From an uncultured Clostridia bacterium (GTDB lineage: Bacteria > Bacillota > Clostridia > Christensenellales > DTU072), in the NCBI GenBank assembly GCA_944349655.1, contig CALVNL010000002.1, positions 5,721 to 69,720 on the forward strand: 64,000 bases of DNA, written 5' to 3'. Position 1 is the first letter of the stretch; each line of letters begins with the position of its first letter. Shown piece after piece: positions 28,465 to 38,421 of the stretch. The notes below the pieces were generated by a model, which worked only from the letters and a program-made list of their open reading frames with translations, did no database searches and was not told the DNA's origin. Both the position numbers and the translations under genes were made by a program.

Positions 28465-29320
28465 ATATTTCACTTTCTTTGCAACAGCAATAATCGCAGA
28501 ATTCTTTTATTAACTTACTTCTTATTCGTGAAAGCAAGACGTTGTCCTTTCCCCCTGTCTTTTTCCCGTCGATTTCTCCTACGGAAATACACAAACTCCC
28601 TGCTGCAGTAAGTATTATTTCGTCGGCAGCAAAAAGATCGGGCAAGTAAAATTCCTGCTCTTTTACCGTAATTCCAAGGTCTCGACAGGTTTCCATCAGG
28701 TGTGCTCTTCCTATACCGGCTAAAATCATATTATCGGATGGCGGCGTGAGCAATTCTCCGTTTTTAAGAATGGAAACGTTGCTATGGGCGCATTCGGTTA
28801 TCCTGCCGCTCCGATGGAATATAACCTCCTGTTTCCCTTGCTCTTCGGCATTCTGAAATGCGAGAACGTTCGGTAAAAGATTTAGAGTTTTTATATTGCA
28901 ATATCCGTGTCTTAAATCGGGGGCCGTGATGACTTTTATAGGGTTTGTCATATCGCGCAATTCTCCGTGTCTGACGGTTATGCAAAGATTCGCCTTCATG
29001 GAGCGGTCAAACGAGTGATTTCTTCTCGCCGTTCCTCTCGTGGCTTGCCAATATACCAAAAGTCGCTCGTCTTTCACTTTGCCGACCATTCTTTCTATGA
29101 GGCTTTTCAGTTCCGCGTAATTTATTTCGAGATTGATTTGCATTGCTTTAATACTTTCAAAAAAGCGTGTTAAATGTTCGTCCAAAGCAAAAATCTTTTT
29201 ATTATAGCAATAAACGGCCTCATAAACGCCGTCTCCGAAAAAAAATCCTCTGTCGTTCAACGGTATGTACATTTCGTCAAGTTCACAAAAGCAACCGTTA
29301 TAATAAGCTAAACTTTTCAT
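28439..29320 (-). CDS. dat: D-amino-acid (D-alanine) aminotransferase, class IV
   Basis: DRGFFFGDGVYE, LYWQATRG, NIKTLNLLPNV and ECAHSNV fit fold-type IV D-aminotransferases. It is co-transcribed with alr. Confidence 0.8.
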   Translation of the reverse strand: MKSLAYYNGCFCELDEMYIPLNDRGFFFGDGVYEAVYCYNKKIFALDEHLTRFFESIKAMQINLEINYAELKSLIERMVGKVKDERLLVYWQATRGTARRNHSFDRSMKANLCITVRHGELRDMTNPIKVITAPDLRHGYCNIKTLNLLPNVLAFQNAEEQGKQEVIFHRSGRITECAHSNVSILKNGELLTPPSDNMILAGIGRAHLMETCRDLGITVKEQEFYLPDLFAADEIILTAAGSLCISVGEIDGKKTGGKDNVLLSRIRSKLIKEFCDYCCCKESEIYERKQGGN

Positions 29321-29371
29321 TTTTCTCCCGGTAATCTATTGTATGCGGGAGAACTATTAAGAGTACCTTGT

Positions 29372-29424
29372 AAAAAATAAAAAAAACCGTCCTCATCATA
29401 AATAATTTCACGAGAGGACGGTTT
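29372..29424 (-). terminator. Intrinsic terminator after the M28 peptidase gene
   Basis: Stem AAACCGTCCTC (29384-94) / GAGGACGGTTT (29414-24) with a 19-nt loop. The minus-strand T-run is the complement of the A-run at 29372-29386. Confidence 0.6.
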
Positions 29425-29453
29425 ATTTTCGCTAAAAATATAAAGATTAAATT

Positions 29454-30680
29454 TTACTTACCTTCGTCAAACTTTTTAACCGCTTCGGTCAGCACGGCAA
29501 AAGTATCGGCAAGACACGAAGCATCCAGATTGTCGTAGGTATCTCTTCTTGTATGGTAATAATTGCGTAAATTATGGTCAAGAGCGGTAATTCCTGCCGA
29601 TTTTAATCCGGCTTGATTGAATGCGGCGTTATCCGTCGCTCCGAAAGGCACGGTACCTTTTGCGCAATATATTCCTATATCGTCGGCGGCATCTTTGAAA
29701 AGATTACAAGCACGTTCGTCTGATTTTACCAAATTGTTAAGGTCTCTGGTATTTACGCTCAGAAATTTAGCTTCTCTGATGGTGTCGAAGGAAAATATAA
29801 CGGTATCGACTCCGTCGTTTTTATATTCTTCGGCGTGTTCCTTACACCACGCTTTGGCTCCCCTCAACCCCGCTTCTTCCGAACCGGTTATAAGTACGCC
29901 GACTTCGGTATTTTCAAGTTCGACGTTGTTTTCCTTCATCGCTTTAAGTAAAGCTATTCCGAGATAGCAACCCGTAAGGTTATCGTTAGCACCGTCAACC
30001 ACTCTTTTTTCGTTGGAAAGAAAATACATTCCGATAAAGAAAGGTATAAAAATCAAAGAAACGAAACAAGCCGTTCTCAAGCCGCCGGCGGGAAGTAAAT
30101 AAAATCCCACACCGTTCATCGCTATTGAAATTATGGCAAGGACGACTACGTAAATACAGCCGAGCATCGTTATTACAAAATGAGCCACAAAAGCAACGCC
30201 TCCGAGATGGTAGTTCACAGGCCACTCGTATGCCGCGTCGGGATGCCCGTTTATCAGAACTCTGCGCTTGACTTCACCTTTCGGTTTTATTACCGCGGTA
30301 AGATTATGAGATACCGCTTTCGGGAAAACAGGATCCACCACCTCTCTGTATAATAAAAATTCTCCTATCAGAAAGGAAAAAGCGAATAAAAACAAAACTA
30401 CCGTCAGAACAGGCAGAAAATAGAGACAAATATATCCTGCCAGAGCTATCGACACGGTAAAATAAATCCAACCGAAAAAAGCCCTCGGCGTTACGGAAAA
30501 ACTTTCCAGCTTTACGTCGTCGGCAATAGGTTCGAGAGTCTCTTTCATATAATTTACCGCATCGGTTTCCCCTTTGCTCCCCGGCTCTCTTTTTTCGAAA
30601 GTTTTAATGATGTGAGTGATTTCGTTAACCATAAAATCCGCACTTTCGTTTTTTGCGGCTTTTATTTTTTCAAAGCTCAT
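29454..30680 (-). CDS. Membrane-anchored M28 family metallopeptidase
   Basis: It has HPD, DNLTG, GSEEAGLRGAK and H..RD metal-ligand-like motifs, plus about 5 TM helices in the N-terminal half. The ATG at 30680 (MSFEKI) follows AGAGGAG. Confidence 0.7.
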   Translation of the reverse strand: MSFEKIKAAKNESADFMVNEITHIIKTFEKREPGSKGETDAVNYMKETLEPIADDVKLESFSVTPRAFFGWIYFTVSIALAGYICLYFLPVLTVVLFLFAFSFLIGEFLLYREVVDPVFPKAVSHNLTAVIKPKGEVKRRVLINGHPDAAYEWPVNYHLGGVAFVAHFVITMLGCIYVVVLAIISIAMNGVGFYLLPAGGLRTACFVSLIFIPFFIGMYFLSNEKRVVDGANDNLTGCYLGIALLKAMKENNVELENTEVGVLITGSEEAGLRGAKAWCKEHAEEYKNDGVDTVIFSFDTIREAKFLSVNTRDLNNLVKSDERACNLFKDAADDIGIYCAKGTVPFGATDNAAFNQAGLKSAGITALDHNLRNYYHTRRDTYDNLDASCLADTFAVLTEAVKKFDEGK

Positions 30681-30803
30681 AAGACAGCGTTCTCCTCTTT
30701 TTTTGTAATTATAACAAAGCAAAACTATGTTTGCAATATAAAAACGATGAAATTAAGAAAAAGATCGATTATTCCCGATAAAATAATGAAACTTTGATTT
30801 CCC

Positions 30804-30832
30804 TTGCAAAAACGAGTCAATTCCTGTATAAT
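30804..30832 (+). promoter_or_regulatory. Candidate sigma-A promoter for degV
   Basis: TTGCAA (30804-09), a 17-nt spacer and TATAAT (30827-32). Confidence 0.55.
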
Positions 30833-30862
30833 TAAAAAAATGAAATAAAGGAGAAACAATAA

Positions 30863-31732
30863 ATGTCGGTTTTATTTATAGATACCAATTGCGAACTCAA
30901 TTACAAAACAGCAAAAGAACTCGGATTGAATAACGTTATCCGTATGCCATATACCATTTGCGACAAGGAATATTTTTACGACCTCGGAGAAAATTATAAC
31001 GCAAAAGAATTTTTCGGTCTGATAAGAGCAGGCAATATGCCCATAACCAGCGGACTCAACAGCGAAAATTATAAAGAATATTTCGAACCTTTTTTTGCAA
31101 AGGGCGAAGATATTCTTTACATCAGCTTCTCCTCTCAGATGAGCGGAACGTTCGCTTATCTCGACACCGCCATAAAAGAACTTCAGGAAAAATATCCTAA
31201 AGCCAAATACCGCAGATTCGACACCTTAGGAATAAGCATGGCGGCAGGAATTCCGGTTTACGTAGCCGCAAAAATGCACAACGAAGGCAAAAGCAACGAC
31301 GAAATAATCGAATTTCTGAGTAAATTCATTTACAGAGTAAACGCCGTCTTTTCCGCAAACGATTTGTTCCATTTGAAAAGAGGCGGGAGAATATCCGCCG
31401 CAGCGGCTGCAATGGGAACTTTATTGCAGCTTAAACCTATTATCAGACTCACCGACGAAGGTAAACTTACCAGCGCAGACAAAGTCCAGGGCAGAAAAAA
31501 AGCTGTAAACTATATTATCGAGGACGTTATCAAAAACGTCAGAGATACGGATAAATATCCCATTGTTATATTAAATGCGGATTGCCCTGCCGACGCAGAA
31601 AAAATAGAAACCAAACTAAAAGAAGCTTTCCCCGAAGCCGATATATGGATGTACGACGTAGGTCCCGTTATCGGTACCCATTGCGGACCCGATACGATAG
31701 CTTGCGTTTACGTCGGGGACAAGCGTAATTAA
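30863..31732 (+). CDS. DegV family fatty-acid-binding protein
   Basis: 289 aa with the DegV pattern (IDTNCEL, PITSGLN, ISFSSQMSGTF, RGGRIS). Confidence 0.85.
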   Translation: MSVLFIDTNCELNYKTAKELGLNNVIRMPYTICDKEYFYDLGENYNAKEFFGLIRAGNMPITSGLNSENYKEYFEPFFAKGEDILYISFSSQMSGTFAYLDTAIKELQEKYPKAKYRRFDTLGISMAAGIPVYVAAKMHNEGKSNDEIIEFLSKFIYRVNAVFSANDLFHLKRGGRISAAAAAMGTLLQLKPIIRLTDEGKLTSADKVQGRKKAVNYIIEDVIKNVRDTDKYPIVILNADCPADAEKIETKLKEAFPEADIWMYDVGPVIGTHCGPDTIACVYVGDKRN

Positions 31733-31749
31733 AATTTAACTGAAATAAA

Positions 31750-32985
31750 TTACTTTTTATCGGAATTGTCAATCCCTGTTTCTTTCGGACTACAAGAGAA
31801 GCCGGGATTGATTTGTATTGCTCTTTTTACAATTCCAAAACCGTATTTCTCTCTTAGCGAACCGATTTTATCGTCTATTTTATTAGTCTTTTTTTTGTTT
31901 TCAACGAAAAAACAATCTTGAAAATATTCGTTTTGCGATTTTAAAAGGTATGTTCCTATCGTAATGCCTCTTATTTTTCTATCCGTTAAAAATTCGAAAT
32001 TTCTTTTAAGCATACCGAAAGCCGTTTCCGCTATAACACGCGCATCGATCGTCGGCATCAATAATTTTTCCTGTCTCGAAAAAGTAACTAATTTGTTGTC
32101 ACAGATACCGATTGATATTCCGTTTGCAATCATAGCGTGTTTTCGTAATCTATAGGCAACGATATCGGATAAAGAATATATAAGACTTTTTGCGTCAAAG
32201 TAATTGTCTATATCCTTGGGAGCAGTTATCCCGTTGCTGATACTTTCCGGCGCTTTTGCGTCCGCAGACGGATCTACTTCTTCGTCGTCTTCGCCGTTAG
32301 CGTATTGGTACAGCTTTGCACCGCTTTTCCCAGTCACCGCTTTTAATGTCGTTTCGTCTGTTTTTGCCAAATCGCCTATCGTAACTATTCCGAGAGTCTG
32401 CAGCTTACGCTCGAGACTTTTACCGACGAAAAGTAAGCTGTTTACCGGAAGATTCCAAATCTTGGTACGAAAATTTTCTTTGTTTATTACCGTAACCGCA
32501 TCCGGTTTTTTCAAATCGCTGCCAAGTTTAGCAAAAACTTTATTGAAAGATACCCCTATCGATACAGTCAGTCCGGTTTCGATTTTAACCCTTTGACGAA
32601 TTTCTTCAGCTATTTTTTCTCCGTTACCGAATAAATTGACAGATCCTGTAACGTCCAACCAACATTCATCCAGTCCGAAACTTTCGATAAGAGGAGTATA
32701 TTCGGCGCAGATACTTTTAACTTGAGCCGATTTATATGCATACTTTGAAAAATCCGTAGGCATTGCGTACAGGTTTTTTACCTTTCTTTTTGCGTCGGCA
32801 AGAGTTTCACCCGTTACTATACCCGCTTTTTTTGCAATATCGTTTTTGGCAAGAACCACCCCGTGCCGAGTTTCCGGATTCCCGCTTACTACGAATGCCT
32901 TGCCTTTAAGTTCGGGATTATAAAGTTGAGCTACCGAAGCGTAAAAGTTATTGAGATCGACGTGTAAAATCGTCCTTTCGCTCAT
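31750..32985 (-). CDS. dinB: DNA polymerase IV (Y-family)
   Basis: Contains ILHVDLNNFYASV, ESFGLDECWLDVT and SIGVSFNKVFAKLGSD. Confidence 0.9.
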   Translation of the reverse strand: MSERTILHVDLNNFYASVAQLYNPELKGKAFVVSGNPETRHGVVLAKNDIAKKAGIVTGETLADAKRKVKNLYAMPTDFSKYAYKSAQVKSICAEYTPLIESFGLDECWLDVTGSVNLFGNGEKIAEEIRQRVKIETGLTVSIGVSFNKVFAKLGSDLKKPDAVTVINKENFRTKIWNLPVNSLLFVGKSLERKLQTLGIVTIGDLAKTDETTLKAVTGKSGAKLYQYANGEDDEEVDPSADAKAPESISNGITAPKDIDNYFDAKSLIYSLSDIVAYRLRKHAMIANGISIGICDNKLVTFSRQEKLLMPTIDARVIAETAFGMLKRNFEFLTDRKIRGITIGTYLLKSQNEYFQDCFFVENKKKTNKIDDKIGSLREKYGFGIVKRAIQINPGFSCSPKETGIDNSDKK

Positions 32986-33536
32986 AATATTTTTTCGATT
33001 TTAGCTTTTAATTCATTATAATCGGCGTTATTTTCTATATAAATCACAGGCTTTGAAAAATCAGCTTCGAATTCTTTTTGCCTGTTATAAATAATTTTCG
33101 CCTTATCCAAAGGAATTTTATCCCTTTCCACAATCCTATTTAATTGTCTTGTTTCGTCGCAAGTAATCACCCAAATCGAGTCGAAATATTTATCCTGTCC
33201 GCTTTCGGCAAGCAATGGCACTTCCACAAAAACGTCTCCTTTTAACAGTTTTGCTTCATTTACCACCCGTTCGAAAATAGCAGGATGAGCTATGGCATTT
33301 AATTTTTTTCTTTGGTTTTCATCTGTAAAAACTATGTCTGAAAGAATTTTTTTGTCTATTCGGCCGTCTTTTACGCACGAAGGAAATTCGGAAGCTATTT
33401 TTTCTATGTATGAGCTTTCCGTCAATAATTTTGCGTTTATTTCATCGCAGCTTATAACGTTTTTACCTTTTTTTCTGAGAATATCGGTAACTGTGCTTTT
33501 GCCGCTTCCGATAGTTCCCGTTATTGCAACCAACAT
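32982..33536 (-). CDS. coaE: Dephospho-CoA kinase
   Basis: It has the P-loop GTIGSGKST and AHPAI. Its position immediately after polA is conserved. Confidence 0.9.
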   Translation of the reverse strand: MLVAITGTIGSGKSTVTDILRKKGKNVISCDEINAKLLTESSYIEKIASEFPSCVKDGRIDKKILSDIVFTDENQRKKLNAIAHPAIFERVVNEAKLLKGDVFVEVPLLAESGQDKYFDSIWVITCDETRQLNRIVERDKIPLDKAKIIYNRQKEFEADFSKPVIYIENNADYNELKAKIEKIL

Positions 33537-33537
33537 T

Positions 33538-36093
33538 TTATTTTGCCTCGTACCAATTTTTCCCTACCGCTACGTTCACTACCAACGGGACGCGCAACTT
33601 ACATACGTTTTCCATCTTGTCTTTTACTAAAATTTTGACTTCTTCGACTTCCTCGATCGGAACGTCCAGTATCAATTCGTCGTGAACCTGTAAGATCAAT
33701 TCGGCTTTAAGTCCCCTTTTTTGTAATTCATAGGAAACGTCAAGCATTGCTTTTTTTATAATATCGCTTGCACTACCCTGCAAAGGCATATTCATAGCGG
33801 CGCGTTCGCCGAAAGAACGGATATTATATTTTGATGAAGTCAGTTCGGGGAAATATCTGATTCGTCCCATAAGCGTTCTCAAAAAGCCTTTTTCTTTGGC
33901 TTCCTTGACGTTATTATCCATAAATTGCTTTACGCCGGGATAAGTTCTAAAATATTCCTCGATAAATCTTTTTGCCTGATAATTGCTTACAGACGCGTTC
34001 TTCGCCAATCCGAAGCTGCTAATTCCGTAGATTATGCCGAAGTTAACCGCTTTAGCCGAGGAACGCATATTTTCGGTAACTTCTTCCAATGGAACGCCGA
34101 AAATTTTACTGGCAGTCAAGGCGTGTATATCCGCGTCCTTTCCGTAAGCGGCTATAAGCGATTCATCGTTGGAAAAATGTGCAAGAAGCCTTAATTCTAT
34201 CTGAGAATAATCGGCACTTAAAAGCATACAATTTTCACTCGGAATAAACATTTTACGTATTTCCTTACCTTCAGCCCGTCTTACCGGTATATTTTGAAGA
34301 TTAGGTTCGGTGGAAGACAATCTGCCTGTTGCCGTAAGATTTTGCTTAAAGCAAGTGTGAGTGCGAAAAGTCTTTTTATTCACGAGGTTTCTCATTCCGT
34401 CTATATATGTTGATTTGAGTTTCATCAAACGACGATATTTCAGTAAAACTTCGCAAATAGGATGATCGAGTTCTTCCAGAACGTTGGCGTCCACCGAATA
34501 ACCTGTCTTGTTCTTCTTCGAATGCGGCAGCGCTAATTTGTCAAAAAGGATATATGCAAGTTGCTTCGGAGAGTTGACGTTAAACTCTTCTCCCGCTATC
34601 TCGTAAATTTCTTTAAGCAACACGGCTATTTCCTCGGTATATTGTTTATCGAGTTCATCCATTACCGCTATATCTACTCGAAAACCTTTCTTTTCCATTC
34701 TGAAAAGACAATCCGCTAAAGGCAATTCGATTTTCTCGTACAAATCGGTAAGTTCTGTTTCCAGAATTTTACGACGCAATTCCTCTTCGAGAAGCAACAT
34801 TTCCGAAGCGGTATTTTCTCCTGCATATCCGTAATCGGACAATAAATCTCCGACGTTTTTTATGTTTCTGCCGGGGTTAAGAAGATAACCTTGCAAACTG
34901 AGATCGTCGTAAGGTAAATTAACTTCTACGCCGTATTCACACATAATTTTTTTGAAAGCTTTTACGTCAAAGAAAACTTTCCTGTATTTTTCCGTTAAAA
35001 TTTTTGAAAATACTCTTGCCGCGGCCGCATCTGATATTCCGTCCCCGAATAAATCGGTCCGAGTGTTAAGTACCCATTCGGTTTTTCCGTCCGAAAAAGC
35101 AATTTTTTCTGCGAAATATATTGCAATCTCGGCATTTTCCGGTATAGATGAAATTACCGCTTCCATTTCAGCGACATTGCGAAGTTCCGTTCTTTGCGCT
35201 TCAGAAATTTTATTTTCCCCGCTTAACGCTATACCTTCGTTAAATTCGAACCTGTCTAAAAGATTTTTGAAACGAAGTTTTTGCATCATATTATAGGCTT
35301 CCTGTGAGAGCGGATAACGAAATTCTATCTCTTCCAACGTGCAAGGTATTTCTACGTCGGTACATATTGTCGCAAGCTCTTTAGACAAATAAACTTTATC
35401 TTTATTATCTTTTAATTTTTCTGCAAGTTTCCCCTTGATTTCATCGATATGTTCGTATATCCCGTCAATATCCCGATATTGTAACAGTAAATCGTGAGCA
35501 GTTTTCGGCCCTACACCCGGAGCGCCCGGGATATTATCGGACGAATCGCCCGCAAGCCCTTTGTATTCGATAATTTGCTCAGGAGTAAATCCTTCGGAAG
35601 CTAAAAGTTCCTGCGGAGTATATTTTATTACTTCGCTTACTCCTCGTTTAGTCAGATAAACCGTTGTGGTTTCATCCACTAATTGTAAGCAATCTCTATC
35701 CCCGGTCACTATCAACGTATCTTCGCCGAAACGTTTGGCGAGAGTTCCGATTATATCGTCGGCCTCGACTCCTTCCATCATTTTAATGGTAATACCCATA
35801 CTTTTCAGAAGATCCTGCAAAACAGGAATTTGTCTTGCCAATTCTTCGGCCATGGGCTTTCTCGTAGCTTTATATCCGTCATAACGCAGATGCCTGAACG
35901 TTTTTGCACGGCAATCGAAGACTGCGCATATATGCGTGGGTTTTTCCTCGGATATTATTTTCTGCAGCATAGAAACATAGCCGAATATCGCGTTGGTATA
36001 CATTCCGTCCGCCAGAACCAAAGGCGGTAACGCATGGAAAGCTCTGTTTACTAAACTGTTGGAATCTATTAAAATGATTTTTGTTTTTGTCAT
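33538..36093 (-). CDS. polA: DNA polymerase I
   Basis: It has the 5' nuclease domain (LIDSNSLVNRAFHAL, GDRDCLQL) and polymerase motifs (LSADYSQIELRLLAH, RSSAKAVNFGIIYG, QVHDELI). Confidence 0.95.
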   Translation of the reverse strand: MTKTKIILIDSNSLVNRAFHALPPLVLADGMYTNAIFGYVSMLQKIISEEKPTHICAVFDCRAKTFRHLRYDGYKATRKPMAEELARQIPVLQDLLKSMGITIKMMEGVEADDIIGTLAKRFGEDTLIVTGDRDCLQLVDETTTVYLTKRGVSEVIKYTPQELLASEGFTPEQIIEYKGLAGDSSDNIPGAPGVGPKTAHDLLLQYRDIDGIYEHIDEIKGKLAEKLKDNKDKVYLSKELATICTDVEIPCTLEEIEFRYPLSQEAYNMMQKLRFKNLLDRFEFNEGIALSGENKISEAQRTELRNVAEMEAVISSIPENAEIAIYFAEKIAFSDGKTEWVLNTRTDLFGDGISDAAAARVFSKILTEKYRKVFFDVKAFKKIMCEYGVEVNLPYDDLSLQGYLLNPGRNIKNVGDLLSDYGYAGENTASEMLLLEEELRRKILETELTDLYEKIELPLADCLFRMEKKGFRVDIAVMDELDKQYTEEIAVLLKEIYEIAGEEFNVNSPKQLAYILFDKLALPHSKKNKTGYSVDANVLEELDHPICEVLLKYRRLMKLKSTYIDGMRNLVNKKTFRTHTCFKQNLTATGRLSSTEPNLQNIPVRRAEGKEIRKMFIPSENCMLLSADYSQIELRLLAHFSNDESLIAAYGKDADIHALTASKIFGVPLEEVTENMRSSAKAVNFGIIYGISSFGLAKNASVSNYQAKRFIEEYFRTYPGVKQFMDNNVKEAKEKGFLRTLMGRIRYFPELTSSKYNIRSFGERAAMNMPLQGSASDIIKKAMLDVSYELQKRGLKAELILQVHDELILDVPIEEVEEVKILVKDKMENVCKLRVPLVVNVAVGKNWYEAK

Positions 36094-36105
36094 AATAACT
36101 CCAAA

Positions 36106-37230
36106 CTATAATTGTAATTTCAAGTCGTCTTCTTTTATCCAGTTTATTTTTCTGAATAAAAGTCCTAATGCCCAACATATTAAGCCCGGTAAAACAAAGA
36201 ACAGCACTATTATACCCAACCAGAAAAGCCACTGCTCCATACCTCCGGAAATTACCGAACTTTTATAAGCGTCTATTATCCCGACAAAGCCGCAAGTTCC
36301 CATTCCGCCGCCGCTTGAACCGCATTTCAAACGGAACAAACAAGTAGCCATCGGTCCGCAAATTGCGCTTGCGACTATAGGCGGAATAAAAATTTTAGGA
36401 TTTTTCATAATATTAGGAATTTGCAACATACTCGTTCCGAGCCCTTGACTTATCAATCCGCCCCAACCGTTTTCCTTAAAGCTCATTACCGCAAAACCTA
36501 CCATTTGACAAGCGCATCCGACCACGGCCGCACCGCCCGCTATCAACATAAATTCCGAAGTGTTGCCTGCCGCGACAGAAACCCATATCGCCGCGCTGGA
36601 TGTGGGCATAGTAAGCAAAATCCCCATTACTACGGCAATTATTATTCCCATAAAGAAAGGAGTTATTTCCGTAGCTACGGCTATTCCTTCTCCTATTTTA
36701 TTTACTATAAAAATAAAAGGATAAGACGCATATGCCCCCAAAACCGACATAATCAATGCGACCAAAGGCACTAAAAGAATATCGAGTTTGGTTTTCCCTG
36801 CAACAAGATTACTTATTTCGCAGGCAAGCAAGGCGGTAACGTACGCTCCGATAGGATTTCCCGGAAGTCCTTTTGAAATAATCGCAGAAACGGCGTCCAT
36901 GGTTCCTCCCGAAAAATCGGCACCTATGAACTGGCTGCTCATTGCTCCGATAAAACCGGCTACGATTGACGCAAATATTACCAATTTCGAGGCCTTAAGA
37001 TGAGAAGCGATCCCGGCTCCTATACCTGCCCCCATAAGTATCGACGCTACGTTACCGGTCAGAACAAGTATTCTTCCTACGTAATTATCCCCTATAAGTT
37101 CACCGATAGTTTTAATAATCGTCCCGGCTATCAGCGTTACGAAAAGACCTTGAGCCATTCCGGAAAAAGCGTCTATGAACCATCTTTTACATAAAAACTT
37201 TACCCCGGAAATAAATTTTTCTTTTTTCAT
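36106..37230 (-). CDS. PTS EIIC_2-like polytopic membrane protein
   Basis: 374 aa with about 10 TM helices. The N-terminus RWFIDAFSGMAQGLFVTLIAGTIIKTIGELIG resembles stand-alone proteins annotated as PTS sugar transporter subunit IIC (PF13303), from memory. No EIIA or EIIB gene is nearby. Confidence 0.5.
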   Translation of the reverse strand: MKKEKFISGVKFLCKRWFIDAFSGMAQGLFVTLIAGTIIKTIGELIGDNYVGRILVLTGNVASILMGAGIGAGIASHLKASKLVIFASIVAGFIGAMSSQFIGADFSGGTMDAVSAIISKGLPGNPIGAYVTALLACEISNLVAGKTKLDILLVPLVALIMSVLGAYASYPFIFIVNKIGEGIAVATEITPFFMGIIIAVVMGILLTMPTSSAAIWVSVAAGNTSEFMLIAGGAAVVGCACQMVGFAVMSFKENGWGGLISQGLGTSMLQIPNIMKNPKIFIPPIVASAICGPMATCLFRLKCGSSGGGMGTCGFVGIIDAYKSSVISGGMEQWLFWLGIIVLFFVLPGLICWALGLLFRKINWIKEDDLKLQL

Positions 37231-38408
37231 TTTGTAAATCCTTCTTTTATTAAAATCTTAAACAACTTCTCTTTTCTTTCCCTTTCAGAGGATAAAAATT
37301 TCAGTTTACTTCTTTTTTTGTTTTGAAAATCGTAACACTTCCTTAATAATTCTTCCGAGAATTCCTCAAGCGAGTATATGCGAAATTTTTCCACTCCATA
37401 GTATTTAGCAAATTCTTCGAGGAAAAAAACGGTACTTTCTTCAAAAGAAAAAGCTTCTCCCGCATAAGCTCGGAAAAGGTAATTTTTAAGTTCTCCATAA
37501 ACCGTTTCATAAGATGCACTCGGAGGCAAATCAAAAAATTCGGCTACTTCTTGCAAATTGTCGTGCAATTTCACCCTTAATTTTTCTGCAAATTCCCGGG
37601 GTTTAGAAGTAAAATAATATTTTTTACCGTAATATGAATTGATAAATCGTAATGCATCGTAATAGCCGAGCTTTATTTTTTTCTTCACAAGTGTCGGAGA
37701 TAAAGCGGCCATCCTCCCGAGATCTTCCGAAGGACGTATATAGTTTACTTTTACCCTTTCGTCGAGAGGCGTCCTGTATGGCATTTTGCTCATAGTCCTG
37801 ACGGCGACGATTTCTTCATACCCTTTCCCTGCCAGTAAAGTCATAGGCATATTATCGTAAATTCCGCCGTCAACGTAAAATTTTCCGTTTATTCTGTTCA
37901 ATTTGAAAGCCGGATAATATGCGCTTGCAAGGATATACTCATGCAAATTCCCTTGCGGTATGTCCTCTTTGAACAATTCTACGGGCATTCTGTCGGACAA
38001 CGAATAAGTAACTATTGCATAATCCATTACGGAATTTCTTACTTTTTCTTCAGAGATATATTCCTTCAAAAAATGAATTGCCTTATCTGTAGGTATGCCT
38101 AAATTTTTTATAATTTTTCCAATCTGCTGCGCCCAGTAACGTACGGAAGCTCTGGAAAAATCTTTTTGAAGTAATTTATCCACTTCTTCATCGTCAAAAT
38201 CTGTAAAAAGACTGGCGGACACATTAGTCCACATTTCGTAAAGAGACTCCGGTCCGCAATCCTGTACAATAAGCGCAGCGTTTATAGCGCCTATACTTGT
38301 CCCGGCAACGCCGTCAAAATTATAGCCGTTTTCATAAAGGGCCTTCACCGCACCGCAGTGAAAAGCCCCTTTCGCTCCTCCGCCTTCTAAAACAAGACCT
38401 TTTTTCAT
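37227..38408 (-). CDS. Patatin-like phospholipase
   Basis: It has the oxyanion motif GLVLEGGGAKGAF, the nucleophile elbow GTSIGA and DGG (catalytic Asp). An uncharacterised C-terminal extension of about 150 aa follows. Its stop overlaps the next start (ATGA). Confidence 0.85.
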   Translation of the reverse strand: MKKGLVLEGGGAKGAFHCGAVKALYENGYNFDGVAGTSIGAINAALIVQDCGPESLYEMWTNVSASLFTDFDDEEVDKLLQKDFSRASVRYWAQQIGKIIKNLGIPTDKAIHFLKEYISEEKVRNSVMDYAIVTYSLSDRMPVELFKEDIPQGNLHEYILASAYYPAFKLNRINGKFYVDGGIYDNMPMTLLAGKGYEEIVAVRTMSKMPYRTPLDERVKVNYIRPSEDLGRMAALSPTLVKKKIKLGYYDALRFINSYYGKKYYFTSKPREFAEKLRVKLHDNLQEVAEFFDLPPSASYETVYGELKNYLFRAYAGEAFSFEESTVFFLEEFAKYYGVEKFRIYSLEEFSEELLRKCYDFQNKKRSKLKFLSSERERKEKLFKILIKEGFTK

Positions 38409-38421
38409 TAGCTAAATTATA

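Noticed and set aside
37227-38408. Patatin-like phospholipase as a CBASS or other anti-phage defence effector
   Set aside because: There is no cyclase/nucleotidyltransferase, sensor, or other defence gene nearby. The neighbours are lacZ, a transporter-like protein and polA, so a metabolic role is more plausible.
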